Shown here one piece after another: positions 50,964 to 64,000 of a stretch of 64,000 nt of DNA (position 1 is its first letter; every line of letters begins with the position of its first letter). The position numbers were made by a program, and so were the translations under genes. The notes beneath the pieces were generated by a model. It was not told the origin of the DNA and searched no databases. It saw nothing but the letters and a program-made list of their open reading frames with translations. The stretch comes from Balanoglossus misakiensis (Eukaryota; Animalia; Hemichordata), in assembly GCA_040954595.2 (NCBI GenBank), contig CM082597.2:3991924-4055923 (forward strand). Reading direction: 5' to 3'.

Positions 50964-53900
50964 ATGGTTGTGAAAAAACAGGCTATTGTCGATGTCTTGT
51001 CCCCTTCATGGGGGCGGGCAACAGTACTTGACAGGTACGTGCGAAATCTCGAACATATCTCATAACGGGGAAGAAAATATTGTCCCATTTATGGAAATTG
51101 CAATTATTGAGGAAAATCTCCCTTCCTGTGCCTCTTTGCCATTTTTAAATATTTAATAGTTCCTTTTGTGAGTTCATGTAGCATTGCATTTTTTGTTTCT
51201 TTCTTATTATTGTCAATGTGTAGTGTTCATTTCAAGAAATTGACGGATATTACTAGAAAATTTCTGATAGTCACTGGGTGTTTATACAGGCTCTTATACA
51301 GACCTTAAATTAAATTATTTGTCTTTTCATGGGCAAAGATTTTGTCCCCTTGATCAGCATTTTGTAATGTTTAATTTAAAGTTAAACAGATGTTGGCAGT
51401 AACTTTTTAGATGTATTTTTAGTACAGTGTATGTTGCTTATCAACTTCACCTGATATAAACAACATTCATCGTTGCTTTTGACATGTGAATTTAATCCAG
51501 ACTTGAATTCAATATTACAACTGCCGGCCAACATACAGACTGTGCTTATAACAGGACAGTTTATCATATTCTTTGGAAGTCGAAAAAGAGATTTCAGTTA
51601 TCGATACATGTACATAAAAAAAATTGTGGAAAAAAATTCCAAAGTAACAGCTGTTGGTTATAACCGTACAATACTAAGAAGCAAATATAAGAACTTTGGC
51701 CTTTCAACACCGACATAGCCAGATGTTAATTTATAATATTTATAATACCCTTTTTATATGTCTGTTAAATATATGGCTAGCTGTTGTCAGTATCATTTAC
51801 CATTGAATTGTATGTTGCTTTTGTAGTGCCATATTGATTGCTTTAAACCATTTTCCAATGTGTGGCATGACTTGCCACGTTCGTAAAAGCAGTATAGAGG
51901 CCTTTTTCATGTCACGCGATTTTTATCATCAGCTCAAAGCTGTTGCACACAAGAGACATATGCTGACCAAAAAGTCATTCCAGAAACTTTGCTCTGCTAA
52001 TTTCTCTTGTGTGCAGCAGTCTTGAGTAATTTTCCTCGCGAGGAAAAAATGTGCATTTTTGGACTAGAATTGCTGCCGTCTTTACAGAAGCAATAAAAAT
52101 CAACTTCCACCAAGAAATTGGAATGAAATAAAAGTATTTATGGCAGACAACTCATTTGACATTTCTTTTTTTCTTCTTCTGCAGTTACCGTTTATTGGTG
52201 ATAGTCTTGACGTTTCTTGGGTACACAAGCTATCATCTTTCAAGAAAACCGATAAGTGTAGTTAAGGTGAGCACATACATCTTTAAATGATCATGTGACC
52301 AAGATAGAACCAATCACATCACTGTAGTTCTAAGCCACAAAGAAAGCTAACTGACAGTCTAGATTTTAAGTTCTAGCACATTGGAAAACTTCCGAATCTG
52401 ATAAGCGATTACAAAAAATATTTGCTGATAAACTGATATACAGTATCAGATATCAGGGTTGCCACATATGATAAAATCAGATAATTGATGAAATATGATC
52501 ATTTGGAAGAGTTATTCACATGATATTGTCTGTCTTCTCTGTGATTGGTCCAGTCTCCTCAGATATATTATTTTAAAAATGCTATTTAATTTTTTTTTTT
52601 GACATTTTTATTGAATTTGAGAAAATGTGAAAAGTGGTGCTTACACAGTATGTTGCCACTTTGGGTCAGTTCAACAAGTTGAACTTTTATTTTATTTTCT
52701 GTCCGCAGAGCGTTCTAAATCGTAACTGTCAGGTTCCTCTTCACAGCGATGATTATATCGATTACAGAGATCATACGAACGACAGCTGCTACTGCTGTTG
52801 GGCTCCATTCAGTAAGTCAGTTTTTTGGCATTCAAATATGCATGTGCCCTTTGAAACAGCCAGTAAATTGCATCCATTAATAGCCTGAACAGTACCAGTA
52901 AATTCAACTCTGCCTGGTATCCAATTCAGTGACCAAATCTATTTCAGGTCGTTAGATTAATCAATGTAGACAGTAACTCAAATTAACTTCAAGACTCAAA
53001 GAGTGATTTTACATGTGGTTGGTTTGGGTATGGCACGTGCCTTTCAAAATGGCCATCTAAATTGCCCACAAATTCCCACACTAGAAAATGTGTAACACAC
53101 TTTTAAAATTCTTTTGTCAGAGCTGTCCATTGAAATGTTTTGTCTAGTAATTAAGTACCCTGACAAACAAAGCTGATAATTACAGCAGCTTTAATTAATG
53201 GAATGGAATGGAAACCAAAATTGGACATTGTAGTGTCTTTTTGTTAAACTGACAAAATCTTTCCATATAATTATTATTTCAGACGGAGACAATGCTAATG
53301 AGTTATTAGGAAGTCTTGATCTTGCCTACTTATTTTCATATGCAGTGGCCATGTTTTTCAGGTAAGCAGGACATCCCTATCTGTTTACTTATAGTGGAAT
53401 AACCCTATTTTAGTGTTTGCTAGGCTGTACCACTTTACTAAAAATGGGGGTTTTAAATATAGAATATTATAATATTACCACTTGTGCATTTAGCTACATT
53501 TCAGAGAAATTAAGCAATAAAATCATACATGTAAAATATTTCACAACAATTGAAGAATAGAAATCAAATTTGAGTTTGTGTAATTAAAAACATGTTATTT
53601 ATTTTTCAATTACAGTGGCCACATAGGAGAGAGAGTTAATCTCCGATATTTCCTAACTATTGGTATGCTAATGAGTGGTTTATTTACAATTTTATTTGGT
53701 ATGGGATATTTCCTGAATATTCATACACTTACGTATTATATCATTGTTCAGGTAAGTGGTTATTGAAATTGCTTGGTTTATAGTATACAAATAGAAAAAT
53801 AAATTGGTCACAATATTAATGAATTTTCATCAATTTCATTTGCTATATTTCCCATTATGGGGTTCATATCCCCATGGGTAAACCTTGAAAGTCATGGCAT

Positions 53901-56900
53901 TTGATAATTACAACTGCAGCATTATTCAAGTTGTTTTAACTTCCCCCAATTACAGATTATTGGTGGTGCTTTTCAATCTACTGGTTGGCCAAGTATGGTT
54001 GCCATCATGGGGAATTGGTTTGGCAAAGGCAGGTAAGTTCATCCACAAATACTGCAGGGATTGTGATAGAAAGATTCACTGACTCCTTGCCCAGCTAATA
54101 CTCAACGTATTTTGTACGGTATTTTAGCTCTTGGAAGGTAGCGAACTACACTCTGAGATTGTAGAAACATTTAAACCCTTTCACCTCCAGTTCCCTCTAT
54201 AGAGGTCCAACCTTACCACAGAGAACAATGTGATTGGATCAAACCATGGTGGTCCAAGGGTTACAACTTCAACTTTCTGTGATTTTGTATTAATCTAAAA
54301 GACCCCACAAAGCACATTTTGACAATTAGGGTTTGTCGATAATAGAAAGACACTGTCTTAGAGAATTTTTTGAGATCTCTGGTAGCCTAACCCTTTAGAA
54401 ATACTAAGAAACCATGCGAGTGATTTTGAAGCAGATAATGACTGCTCTCTTCTGTGTTCTTGTAGACGTGGACTGATCATGGGAATATGGAATTCACACA
54501 CAAGTGTTGGCAACATCCTGGGATCGTTGATAGCCGGGCTGTTCGTAGACGATGCATGGGGCTTATCTTTCATAGTTCCCGGTATCATCATAGCCACCAT
54601 GGGAATTGTTACATTTTTCTACTTGGTTGTGCGTAAGTAGTCGTTATGTATTTGTTCAAATATGTAATTAGTCGTTACATATTCGTTCAAATATGTACAT
54701 TAGTAAATATAGTTGTTATATCTGTCTGTCAAATTTTCATTCATAAACTACCAAAGTTAATGTGTATCTGCAATTTTCTACGGCTTTGGATAACTCATAG
54801 AATATTTGGAAAACAATTTATATTCATGTCTGGATCAGATTGGCTCATACTTGGTCACTGTATATTTATGCTTGCATGGAATGAAGGTTAAAGAATATTT
54901 GAGGTGCACAACATTTAGAATCACATTAACATTCCTTGTGTCTCATCTTTTGATCTGTATGAAAGCGATTAATTTTCCAGTGACATCTTGAAACTGGTCA
55001 ACATTGTTGATCCAAAATCACACTTGCAGAAGTACTAGAATTTTTTGTCGACCACCTAAATGTAAACACTGATTCTGGTAAATTTGACATTTCTCTCTTA
55101 GATCCATCGGATGTTGGATGCACTCTTCCAAACCACGAAGATAAGGTACAAGATAAGGTACGTGTTTTGCACACAACATGGTGTCTCTAGAAAATCAAAG
55201 GCTACGTGCAGTGCACCCTCTTGCGACAGACAATATATCAACTTTTTTTTGTTTCAATGCAACTGCAAATAAGCATCTGGTATTTTTGAGCTTACAGAAT
55301 TTAGAACATATCCAAGTTGTGTAACAATTAATTTTATTTCAATTTTTCAGCCATCTTATAGCCCAGCACGTTTAACAGACAGCCAGAAAGCAATATCTTT
55401 AGCAAAAGCTATTAGAATCCCGGTAAGTGTCAACACTGTTGAAGAATTAGTACACGTCTGGGAGACAGGTTTTCAAAAGAATATTGTCCTCCAAACCTAT
55501 AAATTCTTTGGTATATTAAAATGTGAGTCAGTTTTTATTCATGCATCATACACAAATGTTTTGTAGGTCTACATTGAAAGAAGGGGTACTTCAGTGCTTG
55601 ATTTTAACAAAACATTATTTTTTTTTATCTTTATCTTTCAGGGTGTTATAGAATTTTCTTGCTGTTTATTTTTTGCTAAATTAGTCAGTTACACATTTCT
55701 GTTCTGGCTACCAGTCTACATCGCAAAATCAAGTAAGTTGTTGCAATTTGATAAAGTAAAACTACATTCATATGATTTTCTACTAGAGTGATTACATTTA
55801 TAAGGAACTCAGAGGAATATATAAATTGTAAACTGAAAGTTGATCCTATAGAAAATAATTCAGGTTATCATGAAACCACTCCTATTTTGCTTTTGTAAAA
55901 AAATAAAATACTTATTGACAAATACACACGGGTAAAGTCTACAATAATGGTTAATATTATTTATTTTTCAGCAAAATTTTCAGATGAACAGTCTGCGGAC
56001 TTGTCCACTCTGTTTGACATAGGGGGTATCACGGGAGGCATCATCTCTGGAGTTATATCAGATGCACTAGGGGGTCGGGCGTGTACTGTGTTTGTTAGTT
56101 TGATGCTTGGTGCTCCAATGGTAAGACAGATTTCCTCCACATACAATTGTTTTACGATGACCTTTGGTGATGTAAAGTCATTGTTGTAGCCCATAATGAG
56201 CTGTGTATATTAAAGTTGTGTTTTCTCCTGATCTTGTAAACAAATTCCAAATGAATGTTTACTCGTTTTACTCCCCAGATGTACATATACAGTACCTTTG
56301 GTCATATTGGCATAGCTGAAAATATCATTATGCTAATTCTGTGTGGCGTTCTGGTCAATGGTCCTTATGCATTGATCACGACAGCAGTAGCTGCAGATTT
56401 GGTAAGTCCAGGCAGAGGTAGATTTGAAGATTCTGACAAAGAAACTGCAGTTAGATACACAAGACAAAAAAACAGAAAACATGATAAGCATAAAAGCTAA
56501 TGGACCTTTAACCCTTTCACCCCTAGTTCCCTCTTTAGAGGTTCAACCTTACTAAAGAAAACAATAGGTTTGGACTGAACTATGTTGGTGAAAGGGTTAA
56601 TCTGACCAATACTGTAAAATATGAATCTTTTGCGAACTTTGCGAGAGCCAAACAAACACGATACTAAATAGTCGTGAAAGAACCATACGCACAATACAAT
56701 TTTATTTGAGTAAAGAGAACGCGAAAATTAATCGTTTCGGAATGGTTACCTCTCTGTTGATATCGCGAAAATTTTCTGTCGTGAAAATTTCCCGTGTTAC
56801 AATCTGTTGATTCCCACACACAGGGTACACATCCGTCCCTAGAGGGCAATTCGAAAGCTCTTTCTACAGTGACAGCCCTCATTGATGGCACAGGGTCAAT

Positions 56901-57662
56901 TGGAGCCGCCCTGGGTCCATTACTGACCGGGATCATCAGTCCGTCGGGTTGGGAAAATGTTTTCTATATGCTGATAGCGGCTGATCTCGCTGCTTGTGTG
57001 GTAAGTTGAAAAGGGTTATGGTATACATGTACAACCTTTTCATAAATCTAGCTAGTTTGCATTGCTTTGAGTTAACATTCATGAAGGCTGTGTGAGGGTG
57101 GTAGACCTGTGAGTAGGGTGTATTTACCATGCACAGTCACTACAGGTAAAGCTCAAATTTCTTCACATTTCTTCGATGTTACTATCCCATTCCGATACAT
57201 GTTCTTTTGAGTCTACTCTAAAAATTAACAAAGACACTTGTCATCTTTACAGTTTATGGTCCGTCTGGTCTTAAAGGAAGTGAGTGAATGGTGTTGCAAC
57301 TCTCAACCTGTCTATACAAAGTTAGACACCGAATCTGACAGGTATGTGAAAACATGGCTTCCGTATATTTTTTAGAGTTGACATGACAGTTGACTCATCT
57401 GGAGAGATACCTAGGGATCACAGAGGGTACATGACTACAACTCATTTGTAGACCACACCAATACACAAAGGTTATAGGTCTGCATATACAATCAGTACAC
57501 ACAATCGAGACTTTGGTGTCTTACTAATACGTCATTTGGTGATTGATTTGCAGGGAAGCCCTCCTACCTGACGACATCATCCAAGATGGCGACAACAGTG
57601 ATGATATGATCCATAACAAGTTGATGGCCGATGGAGACTACAGAAACATTACCATTCAATGA
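50964..57662 (+). CDS. SLC37A2: Glucose-6-phosphate/Pi exchanger, SLC37A1/A2-type MFS transporter
   Basis: Exons 50964-51034 (first exon uncertain), 52185-52266, 52709-52811, 53283-53361, 53616-53751, 53956-54032, 54466-54632, 55102-55145/55157, 55351-55422, 55642-55732, 55972-56120, 56279-56401, 56824-57000, 57253-57341, 57554-57662. Motifs: YHLSRKPISVVK, QSTGWP...GNWFGKGRRGLIMGIWNSHTSVGNILGS, LFFAKLVSYTFLFWLP, NGPYALITTAVAADLGTHPSL, ALSTVTALIDGTGSIGAALGP. Confidence 0.93.
56508..56600. mobile_element. ~90-bp piggyBac-like MITE (TTAA-CCCTTTCACC...GGTGAAAGGG-TTAA)
   Basis: TTAA target duplication and CCC termini. Other copies at ~23628-23716, 25376-25464, 26832-26923, 45851-45942, 54171-54264 and 58475-58567. 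Confidence 0.8.
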
Positions 57663-59243
57663 TTTTGCCATCCTTGGCGATAATTGCAGTTCTGATACAA
57701 TCACTGCTACTTTCCAAAGTATTTCAACTCCTAAAGGGAGTTTAAAAATCAGGTTGACATCAAATCCAAGTAGTGAATGCATCAATGTCTTAGTCAAGAT
57801 GGGTTTATCATGGCTGTCTTTCAACCTGTAGGGGGACACTCATCTTTATATTTATGCACTACACACTGATGCCATTAATGCATACAGTCAATGTATCTTC
57901 GCAAAAACTAACCTGGCATAGATGCGACTCAAGACATCTTGTAATTCATAACAGATGAGAAGACGTTGTACATAGTGTACACATAAAAAAAATTCTGCTC
58001 GGGGAAAGTGTTTATTCTATTTTGTGCCTTCAAACAAGGGTGACTTCACTGCATACAAGTGGCTAAATTCTTTCAATTGTGTTGTGGTGTCTTGTCTTTT
58101 GACTTTGTCAAACAAAGTGAATTTGACTCTTTGTATATAACTTTTTTGGTGATCTTCATTCCTTTAGAAAACGGGCAAAATAAATGCCAAATCTATTCTA
58201 CAAATTCTTTATTTCTTACGGGTTATGTTATGTGTTCTTTTGGTGAAAAAAGTACACCAAAGAAAAATTGGTTTAAATATTTTATCTGTTATTTACAGCT
58301 TTTTAGACAGTTGATAAGTCTTGTGACAGGCTGAAAACTTCAATTGGAATTCCCAAATGTCAAATAATTTAAGGAGATTTTCACCTTTGAGAATCTCTCA
58401 GTATTTTCTGAATCCACAATAAAGAATTTGTGTGTCTGTCAGAGAGGTGGTCTTTTGACGTGGCTATCATTTAATCAACCCTTTTACTGCTATGGTTTGG
58501 TCCAAATCCATTGTTTCCTATGGATAAGTTCGACCTCAACAAAGGAAACTGGGGGTGAAAGGGTTAAACTCTGACTCAAGTCAATAGACTTGAATGTCCA
58601 CAAAATGTAAGTGCATATATTCAGTTATGTACATTCAGGTGCTTGTTCCTTATACATTACAAATAAACAGAAATGAATACAAATTGAGATGTAACTTTGC
58701 CAACTAGAACAACTACAATAATATACATCTCGCTTGTCTGTCAGTAGACAATCTACATGAGGATTTATTTGCGTCAAGTAAATTTGACATGGCTAAATAC
58801 TGCCCTCTGTGTCAGTAAATTAAAACAATAGTGCCCTTATATCAAGTGCAATTTTAATGTTTTAACACCTGGGTTAGAAATTGTGGGTCAAATATTGGGA
58901 GAATTTTGTAAATGTATATAAATTACCAAATATGTTTGAGTTCAGTCTGTAATATTTATTAGATTGAAATTTTTAACCTTAAACCAACCAGTCTGAAATA
59001 AAGAATTTTGTATTCACAAACTTGCAGTAGTATATTTAATTTTTATTGTGACATAGAACTTATTCTGAGTTGTCTAGCCCAATTTCAGTCATCATTGTAC
59101 ATTAAATGTTTACAGACACTGTGTAGAATATAATTCTGAATCCAGTTCTGAATCTTTCTGTAGCGCAGCGGATTAGTCTGAATCCAGTTCTGAATCTTTC
59201 TGTAGCAAGCGGAAGGAGCAGAGGAGTCTGGGTAACCAAGCTG

Positions 59244-59476
59244 CAGCCATCTTGACTCATGACGTCATCTCACCACTTCACGTTCCTGGTTACTCACAAG
59301 TGGGTTTCTTTCACATTTTCTGACTTCTCTTATATTTCCTGGCTTTCAAATTTAAAATAAATATACATTATATTAAATTCTGTCGATCTTATGCGCGATA
59401 ATTTGCTGATTGTATATTTTCAAACACGTGACCAGGCGACGTAGCGAGATGATGACGTCATGATTCAATATGGCTG
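59244..59476. mobile_element. MITE-like inverted-repeat element
   Basis: CAGCCATCTTGACTCATGACGTCATC pairs imperfectly with GATGACGTCATGATTCAATATGGCTG. Confidence 0.55.
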
Positions 59477-59670
59477 TCCATCGTGCTGACAGACTGGATT
59501 CCTCCCTAAAATGCACAAAACGCGCTATTTGTGGTGACTTAACATTCATAGCCTAACTCAGTTCTTGGAATGATATTAATTTTTAACTGGCAATATGATA
59601 TTGTCTAACTGTTTACCATATATAATTTTTAACTGGCAATATAATATTGTCTAACTGTTTACCATATATA

Positions 59671-62542
59671 ACATAATTCAATATGCAAATAAGCAATTAA
59701 TTAATAAATCACAACCACAAAAATCTAATTAATTTAGATCTTATCATAACAATGCTACATACCAAATTTCTTAACATTGGACTCAACGGTTCTCAAGTTA
59801 TGACCCTAATTACGAAACATCATTAAATATGCAAATGAGCAAGTAAGTAATAAACCACAGCTACCAAATTCTAATCAGATCCAGATCTTATCATAACAAT
59901 GCTACATACCAAATTTCTTAATATTGGACTCAACGGTTCTCAAGTTATCGCCCTAATTGCAAAACATCATTAAATATGCAAATGAGCAATTAAGTAATAA
60001 ACCACAACCACCAAATTCTAATCAGATCCAGATCTTATCATAACAATGCTACATACCAAATTTCTTAAAATTGGACTCATCGGTTCTCAAGTTATCGCCC
60101 TAATTACAAAACATCATTAAATATGCAAATAAGCATTTAATAATAAGCCACAACCACCAAAATCTAATCAGATCCAGATCTTATCATAACAATGCTACGT
60201 ACCAAATTTCATAACATTGGACTCATCGGTTTTGAAGTTATGGCCCTAATTACAAAACATGGTTTAATATGCAAATAAGCAAGAAATTAATAAAGCACAA
60301 CTACTAAATTCTAATCATATGTAGATCTTATCATAACAATGCTACATACCAAATTTCATAACAGTGGACTCATCGGTTCTCAAGTTATGACCCTAATTAC
60401 AAAACATCATTAAATATGCAAATGAGCAATTACAAATAAAGAGTGATATTAATTTTTAACAGGCGATATGATTTTGCCTAACTGTTTACCATTGGGAATG
60501 GGTGGCAGTACATGGTGACTAACATTTGTTGCCTAACCCAGTATGTGGAATAATAGCAATGTTTAACAGTCAATATGATATTGCCTAACAGTTAGCCATT
60601 GGGCATGGATGGCTGTTAATGGTGCAAGACATATGTTACCTAACTCAATACATGGATGGAGTGATTAATTTTTTAACAGTCAATATGATTTTGCCTAACT
60701 GTTTACCATTGGGAATGGATGGCAGTTCATGGTGACTAACATTTGTTGCCTAACCCAGTACATGCCCAATGGTAAACAGTTAGGCAATATCATATCGACT
60801 GTAAAAAATTAACATCACTCCACGTACTGAGTTAGGCATCAAATGTTGGTCACCATGAACAGCCAGCCATCCATACCCAATGGCTAACAGTTAGGCAAAA
60901 TCATATTGACTGTTAAAAATTAATCACTCCATGTAATGAGTTAGGTAACATATGTCTTGCCACCATAAACAGCCATCCATGCTCAATGGCTTACTGTTAG
61001 GCAAAAACATATCGCCTGTTAAAAATTAATATCACTCTTTATTGGTAATTGCTCATTTGCATATTTAATGATGTTTTGTAATTAGGGTCATAACTTGAGA
61101 ACCGTTGAGTCCACTGTTATGAAATTTGGTTTGTAGCATTGTTATGATAAAATCTACATCTGATTAGATTTTGGTGGCTGTGGTTTATTACTTAATTGCT
61201 CATTTGCATATTTAATGATGTTTTGTAATTAGGGTCATAACTTGAGAACCGTTGAGTCCACTGTTATGAAATTTGGTTTGTAGCATTGTTATGATAAAAT
61301 CTACATCTGATTAGATTTTGGTGGCTGTGGTTTATTACTTAATTGCTCATTTGCATATTTAATGATGTTTTGTAATTAGGGTCATAACTTGAGAACCGTT
61401 GAGTCCACTGTTATGAAATTTGGTATGTAGCATTGTTATGATAAGATCTACATCTGATTAGAATTTGGTAGCTGTGGTTTATTACTTAATTGCTCATTTG
61501 CATATTTAATGGTGTTTTGTAATTAGGGCAATAACCTCAGAACCGATGAGTCCAATGTTATGAAACTTGGTATGTAGAATTGTTATGATAAGATCTGGAT
61601 CTGATTAGATTTTGGTGGTTGTGGCTTATTACTAAATGCTCATTTGCATATTTAATGATGTTTTGTAATTAGGGCCATAACTTCAGAACCGTTAAGTCCA
61701 ATGTTATAAAATTTGGTTTGTAGCATGGTTATGATAAGATCTACATCTGATTAGAATTTGGTAGCTGTGGTTTATTACTTAATTGCTCATTTGCATATTT
61801 AATGGTGTTTTGTAATTAGGGTCATAACTTGAGAACCAATGAGTCCAATGTTATGAAATTTTGTATGTAGCATTATTATGATGAGATCTACATCTATTTA
61901 GAATTTGGTGGTTGTGATTTATTTATTAATTGCTTATTTGCATATTAAATGATGTTTTGTAATTAGGGCCATAACCTCAGAACCGATGAGTCCAATGTTA
62001 TGAAACTTGGTTTGTAGCATGGTTATGATAAGTTCTGGATCAGATAAGAATTCAGTGGTTGTGCTTTATTAATTTCTTGCTCATTTGCATATTTAATGAT
62101 GTTTTGTAATTAGGGCCATAACTTGAGAACCAATGAGTCCAATGTTATGAAATTTTGTATGTAGCATTATTATGATGAGATCTACATCTATTTAGAATTT
62201 GGTGGTTGTGATTTATTTATTAATTGCTTATTTGCATATTAAATGATGTTTTGTAATTAGGGCCATAACCTCAGAACCGATGAGTCCAATGTTATAAAAT
62301 TTGGTTTGTAGCATGGTTATGATAAGTTCTGGATCAGATAAGAATTCAGTGGTTGTGCTTTATTAATTTCTTGCTCATTTGCATATTTAATGATGTTTTG
62401 TAATTAGGGCCATAACTTCAGAACCGTTATATCCAATGGTATGAAATTTTGGATTTAGCATTATTATGATAAGATGTAGATCTGATCAGATTTTGGTGGT
62501 TGTTTGTGTTTTAATTAATTGCTCATTTGCATATTAAGTATG
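59671..62542. repeat. Foldback-like inverted array of 147-bp and ~108-bp tandem units
   Basis: Left arm: five 147-bp units then ~3 units of ~108 bp. Axis at ~60763 (CATG). Right arm: ~2.5 inverted 108-bp units then ten inverted 147-bp units. The outer ends are mirror images. Confidence 0.93.
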
Positions 62543-63532
62543 TTCAGTGGTTTCCAATTATTTACGTGTTTTCTCGCAGTTCATTTATGCCATATTTTAC
62601 AGCGGCATGAACGTGCCTATTTGTAAATATAAACGGAGATACCGTCCCTCCACGTTTACTCTGCCTTCCCTCTCGGCGAGAATGGTAAAATCAATTTGTT
62701 ATGCAAATAACGTCGGATGACCGCGTTGAGGTCAAAGTGCATACTTTATGTATCGTGGGAAGGTTGGAATCTCCATGAAGGATTTGATGTGCGTATATGT
62801 TGCGGTTTCTCGTGAACGTTTCGTTAGTAAGTTTATATTTAGACTTTTTTGGTGAATATGTATTCTTCTGCATAAATTGAGACTCCACCCAGAAAATTGT
62901 GGACTTTGTATAATGTAAATAACAACATAGCAACGTCGGCGTGGCCGTGAGCTCGACGTTGGTATGGTATGTTTCAACAGGCATTTCTTTTCAGCGAGGG
63001 TTTTTTTGGGGACATATGGTAGGAAAGGGTTTCATGTTCAGGTGATCAATCGCTTGACAGGAAATATGTATAATAACAGTGAGACTGTAGCAGCGATGTA
63101 TATGGTTGACGCTGTGAGGGCGTGGAATTTTAGAAGCCCCTGGTCCACATACCTGTGCGGACATTATCGAAGCCAGGTCAAAGGTCATATCTGCTGTCAT
63201 ATGGTGATGTCCTTGGGGCGCACCGCACATCCATCACGAAATTACAATTATTGTGACGAAGGAAGTGTGATTTGGGCTAACCACAGGATATATGGTGGAC
63301 AGGCGCTTTGAGTTGCTTGACGGAGAGTTTGAATATTTGGGGCCCATTTCATGATGATATGTATCACACTGTTATGTTACTTTCAAAATAGTGACTGTGC
63401 AAATTGTCATCTCCTGGTTTGTCACACTCACAGTCCCGCGAAAAATATAGAAAAGGGTTTCCTTTGACACAGATTCTGCTGTTTATACTAACGATAGTTA
63501 AAGATAATGAACATTTTTGCGGAATCTGATTT

Positions 63533-63534
<2 letters not shown>

Positions 63535-63574
<40 letters not shown>
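63535..63574. repeat. (CAT)n trinucleotide microsatellite
   Basis: About 13 CAT units. Explains the poly-Met ORF on the minus strand. Confidence 0.97.
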
Positions 63575-63575
<1 letters not shown>

Positions 63576-63643
63576 CTGTTAATGAATGATTATGCCATAG
63601 TAAAGGCCTCTCCAATTTTTGTGTGTTTCAGACGTGATTAAAG

Positions 63644-63851
63644 ATGGAGTTTGACCGACAGACATTGCTTCAGGCATCGACGTCAGCACTGCTGTTCTGG
63701 TATTCCCTGTACAACATCTCCTGTCTCGTCTTCCCGGCCAAGAGTTACGAATGGAATTGTAGAGTTGTCACTTTCATCCATGCAGTGGCAGTCAGCACGT
63801 TGTCATGGATATGGGGCGTTTATTACAATCCGTGGGTTTTCACAGATCCAG
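63644..63851 (+). CDS. TLCD5: TLC domain-containing protein 5 (TMEM136), first coding exon; gene continues past the window
   Basis: KSYEWNCRVVTFIHA...NPWVFTDPG resembles the vertebrate TMEM136 N-terminus as I recall it (RSYEWSCRLVTFTHG...GPWPFTHPG). Acceptor at 63631, donor G|GTGGG after 63851. Confidence 0.85.
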
Positions 63852-64000
63852 GTGGGTTCTATACAATGACTGCTATTTTGCAGTCCCTGTGCAATTTACA
63901 TGTACATTAATTGACCTGTCTAAAAGGCCACCTGTCTATATAGGCCAGTTCAGAAAGTCCCTTGACTGGCCACTATAAACAGGTTTGACTGTATATCATT

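Noticed and set aside
59671-62542. CRISPR-like array interpretation of the regular repeats
   Set aside because: The units are fully repeated with no unique spacers, no cas genes are present, and the context is eukaryotic.
63364-63615. Poly-Met ORF
   Set aside because: Translation of the (CAT)n microsatellite.

Overview
AT-rich, intron-rich animal genomic DNA. Gene content suggests a marine invertebrate deuterostome such as a hemichordate (inference). Spliced gene models were read by hand from GT-AG sites and reading-frame phase. In order: (1) a local tandem duplication carrying two small secreted chitin-binding (CBM14/peritrophin-A) genes, copy A with an extra WSC-like exon and copy B without it; (2) a glycine N-acyltransferase-like GNAT gene; (3) a complete ~25-exon SID-1/SIDT gene on the minus strand, with a mucin-EGF-FN3-TM gene nested antisense in one intron; (4) an orphan nuclear receptor (probably NR7/NR8-type) head-to-head with SIDT; (5) a 5-Ig Neph/KIRREL gene; (6) an SLC37A1/A2 sugar-phosphate exchanger; (7) a ~2.9 kb foldback of inverted 147-bp octamer-bearing repeats; (8) the first coding exon of TLCD5/TMEM136. 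Several MITE families and microsatellites are scattered through the window. The strongest signals are the almost purely amino-acid-changing divergence of the duplicated chitin-binding exon inside near-identical flanks, the nested antisense gene and a putative dileucine microexon in SIDT, and the 147-bp foldback array.
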